Below are positions 22,303 to 31,472 of a stretch of 64,000 bases of DNA, one piece after another. Below the pieces are notes generated by a model, which saw only the letters and a list, made by a program, of their open reading frames with translations, had not been told where the DNA came from and searched no databases. Within the stretch, counting starts at the first letter, position 1. Each line of letters starts with the position of its first letter. The position numbers and the translations under genes are program-made. Source of the stretch: an uncultured cyanobacterium (GTDB lineage: Bacteria; Cyanobacteriota; Cyanobacteriia; CAKZMO01); NCBI GenBank assembly GCA_963719515.1, contig CAVRCJ010000007.1:130287-194286 (forward strand), written 5' to 3'.

Positions 22303-25302
22303 CTATAGGCCCAGACGGGTGAGCAGGCCATCAACCCCCGTCACCGCCAAGACCCCTGCTGTTATTGCCGTTGTCGCTGAAGTGACGGCGATCGCAAACA
22401 GCCACCAGGCTGCTGCGGCCAACGCTTTGCGGGCCTCGTTGAGCTGCTCTAGTGCGGCCTGCTGCAGCGCGGCTTGGCGATGGCGAATCTCCTGCTCTAC
22501 CCCGGCTACCCGCTCCTGCACCCAGTCCTTGAGGTCTTCTGCCTGAGCCAGCAGCGTTTCTGAAACGCCTTGGGCCTTGAGCAGCTGACGGAACGCATCT
22601 TGAGCGAACTGGGCCACCGCTGCCGCAATGCCCTCAGGGGCGCTCAGCAGCTTGAGGGGCTGCAGGGCTGAGATATCCGGTGAATTGGACAGCAGCGCCT
22701 GCAAATCTGTCTTCAGTCGACTGGGGTCGAAGGCGAGATATTCTGAGCTTTTTAGAATGGTACTAATCGACGAAAACCAAGACTCTAGGGAGGCTTGAGC
22801 CTGCTGACGGGCCTGGTCTGCCTGGGCCAACAGCTGTTGGGCAAATAGCTCTAAGGCCTGCCAAATGGTCTCAATTTGGTCAGCGGTCAGATCCTTGCGC
22901 TGAGCAACAGTTTTTTTGAGCGCACCCCAGTCGAAGCTGCTGATTTCCGCTGCGGCAGCGGCCTGAATGTCCTGGAGCTGGCCTAGCCCTTGCCCCAACT
23001 GCCCCAATTGCTGATTGGACGACCGCCAGAGCCATTCTAGGTTGTGGCGAATTTCTTCTGGGGAAAGCTGGTCAGGGCTGCTGTGGGCAAGATACTCAAG
23101 GGCGCTGTCCCAAAAGGTTTTTACCTCAGCCGATCGCCGCAGCGCCCAGCGTCTGGGGGGCTTAAGAAAATCGGTGAGGGCGGTTTGAACCTGCTGAGTA
23201 GCCTGCTCAACTTGAACCTCTGAAGCCTCGAGCTGAATTTGAGCCTTTTTTTGCAGGGTTGGCCAGTTTACCTGGCTAAGCGATCGCCGCAGCGTCTGGG
23301 GATCATTAATAGTTTCTTTCAGAGGCTCCATCAGTTTGGGAATCAGGTCTTGAGCCTTTACTGTTTTGGCGATCAGCTGGGACACCGTCAGGATCAGCGC
23401 CCCTTCGATTGCCAGCATGACCTTAGGGCTGATGGGCTTGTCTTCAGCCTCGTCACTTCTAGCCTCCACCGCCGCATGGTGCTGCCACGCCGTCTGCACC
23501 TGCTGAATAAGGAGGTCTTGCTGCCCGGAGTCTAATCCTTGGCGGCGGCTGAGCACCTCGGTTAGGGGAACCATCGGCAGCTCGGGTCTGATCTGGCGCA
23601 GCGCCTTGTTGGTCAAGGCAGACTCACTCACCAGGGTCTCAACTTTTTCGGCGATCGCCGCGTGGGTCATCTGGCTTAGGCTGGTGTAGTGCAGGTAATT
23701 CTCCAGCTTCTGCTGAATTTCTGCGATCGCCTCGCGCTGCTGTGCGGTTGGCGCGTCGCCTTTGACGTTGGTTTCCTCGCTCTCGCTCTCGGTATTTGCG
23801 GTTTCGTCAACTTGGCCGGAATCAGAAGCCTGTAACTCTGTTAGGGATGCGATCGCAGACTGGCGAATGGTGTCTAGTTTGGCTGCAAGGTCTTCTATCT
23901 GCTCTTGAACTAGGTCCCCTCGCTCCCTCAAACTGCGAACGAAGTCTTCCGAGCCCAGCGCCTTGAGCTGCGGCAAGACCTGGTCCGCTGCTGCTTCTGG
24001 GTCCACCAGCAGGTCTCGAAAGTCTTGCTGTAGGGTGTCATCGCTCAAGCGCCAGGGAGAAACCTGGCGCAGGTAGTCCGCCACATCTTCGCGGATGACC
24101 TGACCGCCAAGGTCGAGGGACAAACCGCCTGACATCAGCCCCGAGGCGTTGCCCTGCAGCCAGTCTTGCAGAAGCGGGCTAACTCGGCTCCAGATCATCT
24201 GGATATCCAGGTCGGTCAAATCCACTCGCTGTCGGAGCATTTGCCGGAGGTGGTCCACCATGTCTGCGCTGGTGACACTTTCTTTAGCCTCTCCAGAACT
24301 TTCAGCGTTCAAGCTCGACTGACCTGCTTCTAGAGGAATTTCTGAGGAACTCTCTGGGCGAACCGAAGCGCTGTCCTGCTGGATGCTCGCCAGCAGGGTC
24401 TGCACCGCTTCCGGCGTCAGATCTTTTGCTGAGGCTGTCGAAAACAAGTCCTGAAGCGGCTGAAGTGATTGAGGAAGATTGTCGGTGACGCGCTCCCAAG
24501 CCTGGTGAAGCAGCTCCGCGATCGCCTCAGCGGCCTCTCCCACAACCCCTAGCTCGTCTTTGACCCATTGAGAAAAGGTGCTGAGGTCGACCTGTGGCAA
24601 AAAGCCCTGCTGCTCAGGGCGGGCGAGGTCGGACTGTGCCAGGGTCTCTTCAAACTTGGGCTGTAGACTGTCGAGCCGATGCGGCGGCGGCATGCGCTCA
24701 TCCACGTAGCCTTCGATAAGCGCTGGAATATCGATTTGGGCGATCGCCGCCTGGGTTTCTTGATGGACAAGCTCGGCGGCGGTCGCAGGTGTGAGGGACG
24801 CCTCAGCGTCACCAGACAGCGACTGCATCACCGCGCTCAGCGCCTTAAAAATTTGCCGCAGCCCCGACACCGCTGAGCTGAGGACGAAGGCCACCAGCGA
24901 ATTGGCCGCGCTGGTGCTGAGCCAGGTCATCACCAGCATGTAGGCCGACCAAATCACGAGCCCCAGAACGGCTCCCGAAAAGGCGGTCACAGCGCCGCAG
25001 AACTTGACCGCCGCGTAGCAGGCTGTAGCCAGCACGCCGTTGACGGTCAGCAGCAGTCCCAGCCCAGCGGCGATGCTGAGGGTGCCAGCGCTAATCGACC
25101 CCGATTCCTTCTCCGGGTCACCGGAGCGGCCATCGCCTTCGGTCTCTGCGTTGTCTTTAGACCTGCTCCAGGACTGACCGCCCCAAATGGTGATGCCGAC
25201 GGCAAGCCCTAAATTTGTAAGCAGTAGCTGACAGGTGAAAGCAATCAGCAGTCCGACGATGAGCGCGGCGACGACTTGGGACGCAGGATTTGTGGCAATC
25301 AT
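22303..25302 (-). CDS. Large membrane-anchored helical-repeat hypothetical protein
   Basis: ~3 N-terminal TM helices (AFTCQLLLTNLG), long soluble region with repeated YL..S.P..L / RxDL..EQI units, C-terminal TM (AAWWLF); start may extend to 25413. Confidence 0.75.
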   Translation of the reverse strand: MIATNPASQVVAALIVGLLIAFTCQLLLTNLGLAVGITIWGGQSWSRSKDNAETEGDGRSGDPEKESGSISAGTLSIAAGLGLLLTVNGVLATACYAAVKFCGAVTAFSGAVLGLVIWSAYMLVMTWLSTSAANSLVAFVLSSAVSGLRQIFKALSAVMQSLSGDAEASLTPATAAELVHQETQAAIAQIDIPALIEGYVDERMPPPHRLDSLQPKFEETLAQSDLARPEQQGFLPQVDLSTFSQWVKDELGVVGEAAEAIAELLHQAWERVTDNLPQSLQPLQDLFSTASAKDLTPEAVQTLLASIQQDSASVRPESSSEIPLEAGQSSLNAESSGEAKESVTSADMVDHLRQMLRQRVDLTDLDIQMIWSRVSPLLQDWLQGNASGLMSGGLSLDLGGQVIREDVADYLRQVSPWRLSDDTLQQDFRDLLVDPEAAADQVLPQLKALGSEDFVRSLRERGDLVQEQIEDLAAKLDTIRQSAIASLTELQASDSGQVDETANTESESEETNVKGDAPTAQQREAIAEIQQKLENYLHYTSLSQMTHAAIAEKVETLVSESALTNKALRQIRPELPMVPLTEVLSRRQGLDSGQQDLLIQQVQTAWQHHAAVEARSDEAEDKPISPKVMLAIEGALILTVSQLIAKTVKAQDLIPKLMEPLKETINDPQTLRRSLSQVNWPTLQKKAQIQLEASEVQVEQATQQVQTALTDFLKPPRRWALRRSAEVKTFWDSALEYLAHSSPDQLSPEEIRHNLEWLWRSSNQQLGQLGQGLGQLQDIQAAAAAEISSFDWGALKKTVAQRKDLTADQIETIWQALELFAQQLLAQADQARQQAQASLESWFSSISTILKSSEYLAFDPSRLKTDLQALLSNSPDISALQPLKLLSAPEGIAAAVAQFAQDAFRQLLKAQGVSETLLAQAEDLKDWVQERVAGVEQEIRHRQAALQQAALEQLNEARKALAAAAWWLFAIAVTSATTAITAGVLAVTGVDGLLTRLGL

Positions 25303-25969
25303 CACAGGAAACCCTTCAGATAGCGGTATCCCCACGATACTTATTTTTGATGGCCCTGGTGACTGGCTAATGGTTGAGAGTAGGTCGGCGTACCAGTAAA
25401 GCGAGCCAGTCAATCATCTCAACAATCATCCCAACTAGAGCGAGAGTGCTTTCTTTAAAAGAGAAACAAACCTCTACGACTCAAGTTAGCTGCTGGAATC
25501 TAATGCTATTCTCAGTGCTGTCTCAGATACAAGCATTACTTTTTATATGTGCAGCAAGCCTGAGATTTACATAATATTTCTCATGCTGAATCCAGTTAGC
25601 AATTGTCGAATTTAGCTCAGGGTAATCTAGGAATTATTTGATAAAGATCTAAGTCAACCAAAAGAGTTTCTTCGCAGACAAACCTGCTTACGCCGGGGAT
25701 CTAGAGCCGCTGAAGGTAGGCGCTAATTCGCGCTTCTTCAAGATGCTATGCTCCCGAAAGCTATGCTCGCCTCAATTCTAATCCGCTCAAATCGCTGCAT
25801 TTATTACTATCAGGTCAAAGCTATCCTGAGGGATTAAATCTCTCAGAGCAGCCTGAATTTAGAATGAATGCCGCTATAAAACTGCGGTCAAAAGTACGCT
25901 CATCTTTCAATGATTCAATCAGCACGATTGAAGAGAGTTTTCGCTTTTTAATACTTTAAGGAATGCCAA

Positions 25970-27148
25970 ATGAACCCTATCGAAGTTACTGTTTCTATTG
26001 AGAATATATCTCCTGAGAATGGAACTACTTTAACGCCCTTATGGTTTGGCTTCCATGACGGCAACTTTGACACCTACGATCGCGGACGTCCGGTCTCCCC
26101 TGGCCTTGAGTCTCTGGCAGAGGATGGGGCGACCGAGCTTATCTCTCAGGAATTTGACCTAGCAGGCTTTGGCGCTGTGCAAGGTGCGATTCCGGGCCTA
26201 GAAGGGACGCCCGGTCCTATTGACCCCGGCGAAACGGCTACCGTGACGGTCGAGCTAGACGGCAGTGACTCAACCAGCCGCTTTTTCAACTACGCCTCAA
26301 TGGTGCTCCCTAGCAATGACTTCTTTATCGCTAACGGGAATGAGCAGGGAATTCCCATTTTTGACGAAGCGGGCAACTTCATTGGGGCAGACTTCATTGT
26401 CTTAGGCTCCAGCGTTTTGGATGCCGGGTCAGAAGTCAATGACGAGCTGCCGGCAAACACCGCCTTCTTCGGGCAGCAGGCTCCAGACACCGGGGTCGTC
26501 GAGAATGGCGTTGTGCAGCTGGCTGAAGGCTTCATCCCCGGTGGCCCCATCCTGAGCAGTGAAGACTTCGGCAACGCCGATTTCACCGCTGAAGGGTATC
26601 AGGTCGCCCGCATTCGAGTATTTGCGGCATCGCTAGCAATGCAGGGGACGAGCGGCGACAATAATATTGTCGGCAGCGCAGGGGACGATACCCTCAATGG
26701 CCGTAGGGGCAACGACACGATTAGCGGCCTCGCGGGCAATGATACCTTACGAGGCGCTAAGGATGACGATGTCCTGATTGGTGGCTCGGGCCGCGATCGC
26801 CTGTTTGGTGGTCAAGGCGACGACAGCCTCCTAGGGGGCGGCGGCCGCGACCTGCTTCGAGCGGGAAGTGGCAGCGATCGCCTCGACGGGGGGAGAGGAA
26901 ATGACATCATCCGCACGGGGGCGGGGGACGATAGCATCGTGCTTAGAGCTGGCGACGGCCGCGATCGCATCTTCCGCTTTGATGCCCAAGGCAGCGATCA
27001 ATTTTTGTTGGAAGATATTAGCTTTGGGCAAATCAGCCTCAGTACTAGCGGCAGAAATACTGAAATTGCCTTTGGCGACGAGCTTTTAGCCGTTGTAGTC
27101 AATAATACTAGCTTGACAGTGGGGGATTTCGAGACGTTTAACGCCTAA
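25970..27148 (+). CDS. Spondin_N-like domain protein with RTX Ca-binding repeats
   Basis: LTPLWFGFH, LESLAEDG, ASMVLPSNDFF, DAGSEVN; C-terminal GGxGxDxL nonapeptides; AAGGA upstream. Confidence 0.85.
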   Translation: MNPIEVTVSIENISPENGTTLTPLWFGFHDGNFDTYDRGRPVSPGLESLAEDGATELISQEFDLAGFGAVQGAIPGLEGTPGPIDPGETATVTVELDGSDSTSRFFNYASMVLPSNDFFIANGNEQGIPIFDEAGNFIGADFIVLGSSVLDAGSEVNDELPANTAFFGQQAPDTGVVENGVVQLAEGFIPGGPILSSEDFGNADFTAEGYQVARIRVFAASLAMQGTSGDNNIVGSAGDDTLNGRRGNDTISGLAGNDTLRGAKDDDVLIGGSGRDRLFGGQGDDSLLGGGGRDLLRAGSGSDRLDGGRGNDIIRTGAGDDSIVLRAGDGRDRIFRFDAQGSDQFLLEDISFGQISLSTSGRNTEIAFGDELLAVVVNNTSLTVGDFETFNA

Positions 27149-27201
27149 TCAAATGGCCTTCCCCTGAAGCGCGAAGATGTCTGTAGGGTGGGCGATGCCC
27201 A

Positions 27202-27584
27202 GTATCTGTTTAGCGCGATCCTGGCCCTCACCCCCGGCCCCTCTCCCAGCTACGGCCTCCGGCCACGCTACGCGAAAGGGAGTGGGGAGTCTGGTTCCCT
27301 TCCCTCAGCATTGATATCGCTGGCGAAATATTTCGTAATAGCATTTGGCGTCCTGCAGGCCCCCTCCGCCCCCAATCCTGGGGGAACCAGAAAAATGCCA
27401 GACTTCTTGATATTAAAGACTTTCAAGAATTCTGACTTCGAATCTTGCTCCCCCAAACTTGGGGGCCGGGGGGCCTCTTTAAGGGGTGAAACAGCACGAA
27501 TGTTACAAGGTATGAAATTCGCCAGCGGTATCAGCATTGGGGGAAGGGCTAGGGATGGGGGCTTCCAGAACGCTAAACACATAC
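27202..27584. mobile_element. MITE-1 (14-bp TIR, 8-bp TSD GATGCCCA)
   Basis: TIR gtatctgtttagcg / cgctaaacacatac (1 mismatch); GATGCCCA at 27194-27201 and 27585-27592. Confidence 0.75.
27314..27531. mobile_element. MITE-2 nested in MITE-1 (14-bp TIR, 8-bp TSD CAGCATTG)
   Basis: TIR atatcgctggcgaa / ttcgccagcggtat (1 mismatch); CAGCATTG at 27306-27313 and 27532-27539; internal CCCCCAA..TGGGGG hairpins. Confidence 0.75.
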
Positions 27585-27603
27585 GATGCCCACCCTACTA
27601 TGA

Positions 27604-29997
27604 TTACAAAACCTGCCAGCGGCTGCGAGCCTGAGATCCGTCCCCACGGCGGGCCATGCCCAAAATAAAGTCACTCGTTCCCACGAACAGGGTATACATG
27701 ATTTCAACCGCAAAATCTTCTTCACCAACGGGGGCAGAAGATATCCGGCGGGCTGCTGAGCTATCAAAAACCTCAAAGCGATATACCGGCCCCGAAAGCG
27801 CCGTCGTCGTGCTGTCCTGGGCCTCCTGCAGCGCCGCATCGGTGAACTCCACCTGCTGAAACGAGAGGATGCGCAGCTCGTCTTTTGGTGGCTGATTCCT
27901 CCCGCCCCTCTCAAACAGGCGGTACACCCGCAGCGTTGCCAAAATTCGGCCCGTATACTCTCGGAGGTTAATCTGCCGGGTCTCAGCAATAGAAAACTTT
28001 CCTTCTAGGGCGTTAAGCGTGTAGTCCGCATGCTCGTAGGTCGGGTAGCGCACGGTTGTGCTACGGCTGTTTTGGGCGACGATGCGGGGCCCTTGAAGGC
28101 CATCCCAAGAGACGCTGCCGGGGGCCGCACCGTTCTCCTCGTCAGTGAGGGGGCAAACCGTGCCGCTGGCAAAGTCTACCTGAAAGAAAGTGCGCTCGGT
28201 GTCGGGGGCCACCGCAGGCCAAAAGGTGCTCAGAGCGGCGCAGAGCTTAGCGTCTTCGGGGAAGGGGCTCCCCAGACCGTAGGACGAGAGATGGGTCCGG
28301 TTCCCAGGGCCGGGAATGCGATCGCCACTGGTGTCCCAACCGGGGGCAAACACCCCCGCAGCGGCATCGGGCAGCGCGGCGTGGCGCCGGGTTGTGGGGG
28401 CGTCGGGCTTGGGTCGGGTGGCGTCGATGGGCTGTAGGCAAGTCACGAGGGCGGTCACCGTGTCGTCATCGCCCAAAAAGCCAGAGTCTCTCAGCGTGAT
28501 ATTGGGGGCAGACCGCTCGTCCGAGAGCGGCACCGGCTGCGCCCGCCAGAAGTCCCAGTAGCCCTCCTGTATCAGCTGCTGCAGCCAGGAGGGCTGAGCA
28601 GCCCGGCGGTCCCGAACTAGCTGCCACCACTCAAACACCTCTCGCTGATCGACCGCCGGAAAAAAGTCGGGGGCAGCCACTAAAGAGTAAGCGGGAACGG
28701 CGGCCACCTCATCTAAACCCGCTACAGCAGCGGTAACCCGTCCATCAGCGGTGAAGTCTAGGATATTCAGCGCTTGATAGCGGCCCGCTTCCGCCTTCGC
28801 TGCCGCGTCGGGGCGATCGCCGAAATAGACCACGTTCTCGCCTTGAACCTCAAACCGGACGTGGGCATACTCCGGCCAAGGGCGGACTGGAGGGGGAGGG
28901 GCATCGAGAGATAGGGTGGGGGAGAAGGCCTTGCTAAAGCCGCGCCGATCCATCGTGGGGGCCGGAAACGTCAGCGGCTTGTTGTTGAAGGTCGCCCGCG
29001 CAGCTAAAGGCTGAGGCTGGGGACTGAGAAGACCGGCTCCCCCTTGAAAGGCTCCCAACCAGTTGGCGAGGCCCTGATCGTTGATAAAGGGGGCCTGCTG
29101 GCGCTCCGCAGCGCTAAACCCAGAGGAGAGGTTTAAGTTTTCCAGGTGCTGGTGCAGGCGCTCTAGCTTTTTGTTTTGATGGTGGGCTGAGAGAGAAATT
29201 TGCAGCGTTTTGCCCCGCAGGCATTCGTCGCCGTCGAAGAGCTTGTGTACCGGTACCCAAAAGTTACGGTTGTTGTCTCCCGTCTGCCCTCGCGCTGGGC
29301 CAAAGCGGCTGTCGTTGCGGCGCGATCGCACGGCGAGCCAAGTCGTGTATGGACAGGGCAAGACGCGAATGGTGTGCACGCTGTCTCCATCTTGGAAAGG
29401 TCGATAGCCGCGCAAAAGACCGTCGTAGGCCGCCCGCGCTGTCCCCACCCGAGACACGCCCGTGCGCGAGTGGCAGAAATCGGCATGGCGCTGGTGGGGG
29501 GTCTCGGGGGCGGGGCGGTACTCTGAAGCGAAGACCGCCACCACCATCTCTACCGCATCAGGCCCGATGTCTAAGAGGTTAGCGGCGTGCTGGCGCACCT
29601 CTGTGAGGCTGCGGTTGGCTTTGGCATAGATATAGTTGGCGATCGCATCGAGCTCTTCTAGGGTAGGGAAGTCGGTGAGCGGCTGGCTCAGTGCCCCTAT
29701 TTGGGTGTCTTCTTCGGGCACGACAACCACGTTGGGAGAGGCGAAGGCGTGGTAGAGCAGGCTAGCTGCCGGACTCCCAGGCTCAATGCCCCTGGCGCTG
29801 TCGCTCTGGATGCTGGCCGTCACAAAGTCTTCGAATCCAGGAATGCGCCGATCTACCTCGACGAGTTGGTCCAAAGCTTCAGCTAGCGCCTGTTCGCTAG
29901 ACTGCTGGATGTCAATGCCGTGCTTGAGCATTAAGGCCCGCCAGCCGGCACTGGCAAGGCGATCACAGATTCTTTTTACGTCGGCAATTAGAGGCAT
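27604..29997 (-). CDS. Highly divergent LodA/GoxA-like putative CTQ quinoprotein oxidase (~797 aa)
   Basis: Ordered motifs GVSRVG, HQNKK, DFTADGRV, APDFFP, GVFAPGWD, PFPED-x3-C, FWPAVAPD; LodB-like flavoprotein gene upstream on the same strand; ATG 29997 with GGAG upstream. Confidence 0.65.
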   Translation of the reverse strand: MPLIADVKRICDRLASAGWRALMLKHGIDIQQSSEQALAEALDQLVEVDRRIPGFEDFVTASIQSDSARGIEPGSPAASLLYHAFASPNVVVVPEEDTQIGALSQPLTDFPTLEELDAIANYIYAKANRSLTEVRQHAANLLDIGPDAVEMVVAVFASEYRPAPETPHQRHADFCHSRTGVSRVGTARAAYDGLLRGYRPFQDGDSVHTIRVLPCPYTTWLAVRSRRNDSRFGPARGQTGDNNRNFWVPVHKLFDGDECLRGKTLQISLSAHHQNKKLERLHQHLENLNLSSGFSAAERQQAPFINDQGLANWLGAFQGGAGLLSPQPQPLAARATFNNKPLTFPAPTMDRRGFSKAFSPTLSLDAPPPPVRPWPEYAHVRFEVQGENVVYFGDRPDAAAKAEAGRYQALNILDFTADGRVTAAVAGLDEVAAVPAYSLVAAPDFFPAVDQREVFEWWQLVRDRRAAQPSWLQQLIQEGYWDFWRAQPVPLSDERSAPNITLRDSGFLGDDDTVTALVTCLQPIDATRPKPDAPTTRRHAALPDAAAGVFAPGWDTSGDRIPGPGNRTHLSSYGLGSPFPEDAKLCAALSTFWPAVAPDTERTFFQVDFASGTVCPLTDEENGAAPGSVSWDGLQGPRIVAQNSRSTTVRYPTYEHADYTLNALEGKFSIAETRQINLREYTGRILATLRVYRLFERGGRNQPPKDELRILSFQQVEFTDAALQEAQDSTTTALSGPVYRFEVFDSSAARRISSAPVGEEDFAVEIMYTLFVGTSDFILGMARRGDGSQARSRWQVL

Positions 29998-30015
29998 GGT
30001 TGTGCTGCGTCTCCG

Positions 30016-30170
30016 TTTAGTAATAGGAATAAAGTTTGACGTACTCCCCGCCCTGAAGAGCGGGGATTCTGGAATCAAGCAGCGATCGCAGGCTGAGCCT
30101 GTCTGACATCGCCTAGCCCACGGGTTGACGCCCCAACCCGTTGAATGTTTATTGCAGCATTCAAGTCTCG
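30016..30170 (-). ncRNA. Predicted TnpB omegaRNA/reRNA (scaffold overlapping tnpB 3' end plus flanking guide)
   Basis: Hairpins ACGGGTTG..CAACCCGT, CAGGCTCAGCCTG and the right-end stem ending TCAA; guide would start ACTTTATTCCTATTAC; boundaries inferred. Confidence 0.6.
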
Positions 30171-31199
30171 ATCGTGATGTTCGTTGCAAATAGGGCAATC
30201 CCACTGCCGTTGTTTTAGATCTAACTCCTTCAGTACGTGCCCACAACAGCTACAAGTTTTAGAGCTGGGATACCACTGGTCGATGAATGCTACGGTCTTG
30301 CCTTTTTTCTTTGCCACCCACTGAAGGATTTCGAGAAATTCAGCTAGGGCTAGGTCCGATATCTTCCGGCCCCATAGCCGCTGCATCCCTTTCAGGTTCA
30401 GCGTCTCAAAGTAGAGCGCATCGTAGGTATCGGTTAGCCGGTGGGCAAGCTTCCAAAACCAATCTCGTCGCCTATTGGCTATGGCCTCATGGCAGCGAGC
30501 TAGATTTAGTCTTGCCCTGTGCCAGTTTGCCGACTTTTTTCGCTTGCGCGATAGGTTGCGGCTAGCTCGGCAAAGGTCTTTGAGCGATGCTTTCAGGAAT
30601 TCAGGAGACTCGATTTGAGTACCATCTGACAAAGTGAGAAACGTCTTCAGTCCAAAATCAGCACCAGCGGTTTTACCCGTCTCGATGCCTTGAACTGGTT
30701 CAGCTTCCTGGTCCACCACAACGGCTAAAAACAGCTCACCCAAAGGCGATCGCTTCACCGTGACGGTCTTAACCTTGCCCTCTATCTCCCTTGAATTCCA
30801 ATACTGGTAGACCCTGCTGCCTATCTTGATACGACCACCATTGAGCAGCTTGTATCCCGCCTGTTTTAGGGTGAACGACTTGTATCGCCTTACCTTCTGA
30901 AAGCTAGGCGGCCTATAGCCTTTGCCGTGATGCTTAAAGAACAGCTGGTATGCCTTTTCAATTCGCTGGCAGATGTCCTGCACAGCCTGAGACCCCACCA
31001 ACTGCCAAAACGGATTGCGCCTCCGTAGCTTGGCAATATGAGACTGAAGTTTAGAGCAATTGAGGTGTTTGCCCCACATACGGTAGTACCGTTTGTGGAG
31101 AGCAATGCAGTGGTTCCAAATCACCCCAGCAGCATTAATAGTGCGCTTTAGGTGCCGGTTCCGCTTGTGCTCGTATATCTTAAACTTCAATGTTCTCAT
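30075..31199 (-). CDS. tnpB: RNA-guided endonuclease TnpB
   Basis: RuvC residues in GADFG, YFETL, DRDLNAA; Zn ribbon CSCC...CPIC; ATG at 31199 (MRTLKFKIY). Confidence 0.93.
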   Translation of the reverse strand: MRTLKFKIYEHKRNRHLKRTINAAGVIWNHCIALHKRYYRMWGKHLNCSKLQSHIAKLRRRNPFWQLVGSQAVQDICQRIEKAYQLFFKHHGKGYRPPSFQKVRRYKSFTLKQAGYKLLNGGRIKIGSRVYQYWNSREIEGKVKTVTVKRSPLGELFLAVVVDQEAEPVQGIETGKTAGADFGLKTFLTLSDGTQIESPEFLKASLKDLCRASRNLSRKRKKSANWHRARLNLARCHEAIANRRRDWFWKLAHRLTDTYDALYFETLNLKGMQRLWGRKISDLALAEFLEILQWVAKKKGKTVAFIDQWYPSSKTCSCCGHVLKELDLKQRQWDCPICNEHHDRDLNAAINIQRVGASTRGLGDVRQAQPAIAA

Positions 31200-31242
31200 A
31201 CTGTTTATGTTAGCATAGATGCGTAGGCATTGTGTAGGCAGT

Positions 31243-31383
31243 ATGGCAAAAGGACAGCTTAATTTAAGAGTCTCTATTAAAAGATTGCAAAAGCTTAGGG
31301 CGATTGCAAAAGAGAGGGACAAGACCATGACTCAACTGGTAGAGGATTGGATAGATCGCCTACATTTAGAGAAGCCGTCCTGA
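31243..31383 (+). CDS. Small ribbon-helix-helix (CopG-like) protein inside the IS, 46 aa, absent from the ORF track
   Basis: MAKGQLNLRVSIKRLQKLRAIAKERDKTMTQLVEDWIDRL fits a beta-helix-helix pattern; divergent from tnpB. Confidence 0.7.
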   Translation: MAKGQLNLRVSIKRLQKLRAIAKERDKTMTQLVEDWIDRLHLEKPS

Positions 31384-31472
31384 AGGACGGGGCTTTAGAC
31401 CCATGATTTTTGGTAAAAATCGAAGATCGAAATACTGGCCTGCGGGCCTAAATGGCCTACTGGCCTGCGGGC

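Larger units (their letters stand above)
27183..27598. repeat. GTAG-type REP palindrome interrupted by a MITE
   Basis: Arms GTAGGGTGGGC (27183-27193) and GCCCACCCTAC (27588-27598); removing the insert restores GTAGGGTGGGCGATGCCCACCCTAC. Confidence 0.7.
30036..31412 (-). mobile_element. IS200/IS605-family (tnpA-less, IS1341-like) element
   Basis: Minus strand: TTAC target motif then left end CAAAAATCATGGGTCTAAAGCCCCGTCCTTCAGGACGG hairpin; right end GAATCCCCGCTCTTCAGGGCGGGGAGTACGTCAA; no target duplication. Confidence 0.85.

Noticed and set aside
27188..27634. ORFs of 148 aa and 104 aa in the track
   Set aside because: They are translations of nested REP/MITE sequence.
29998..30246. N-terminal extension of the 880-aa ORF in the track
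   Set aside because: It runs through the IS right end and tnpB in another frame; ATG 29997 has a GGAG upstream and begins the protein-like sequence.
31200..31328. Hydrophobic N-terminal extension of TnpB
   Set aside because: It is the antisense of the RHH gene; TnpB-like sequence starts at 31199.
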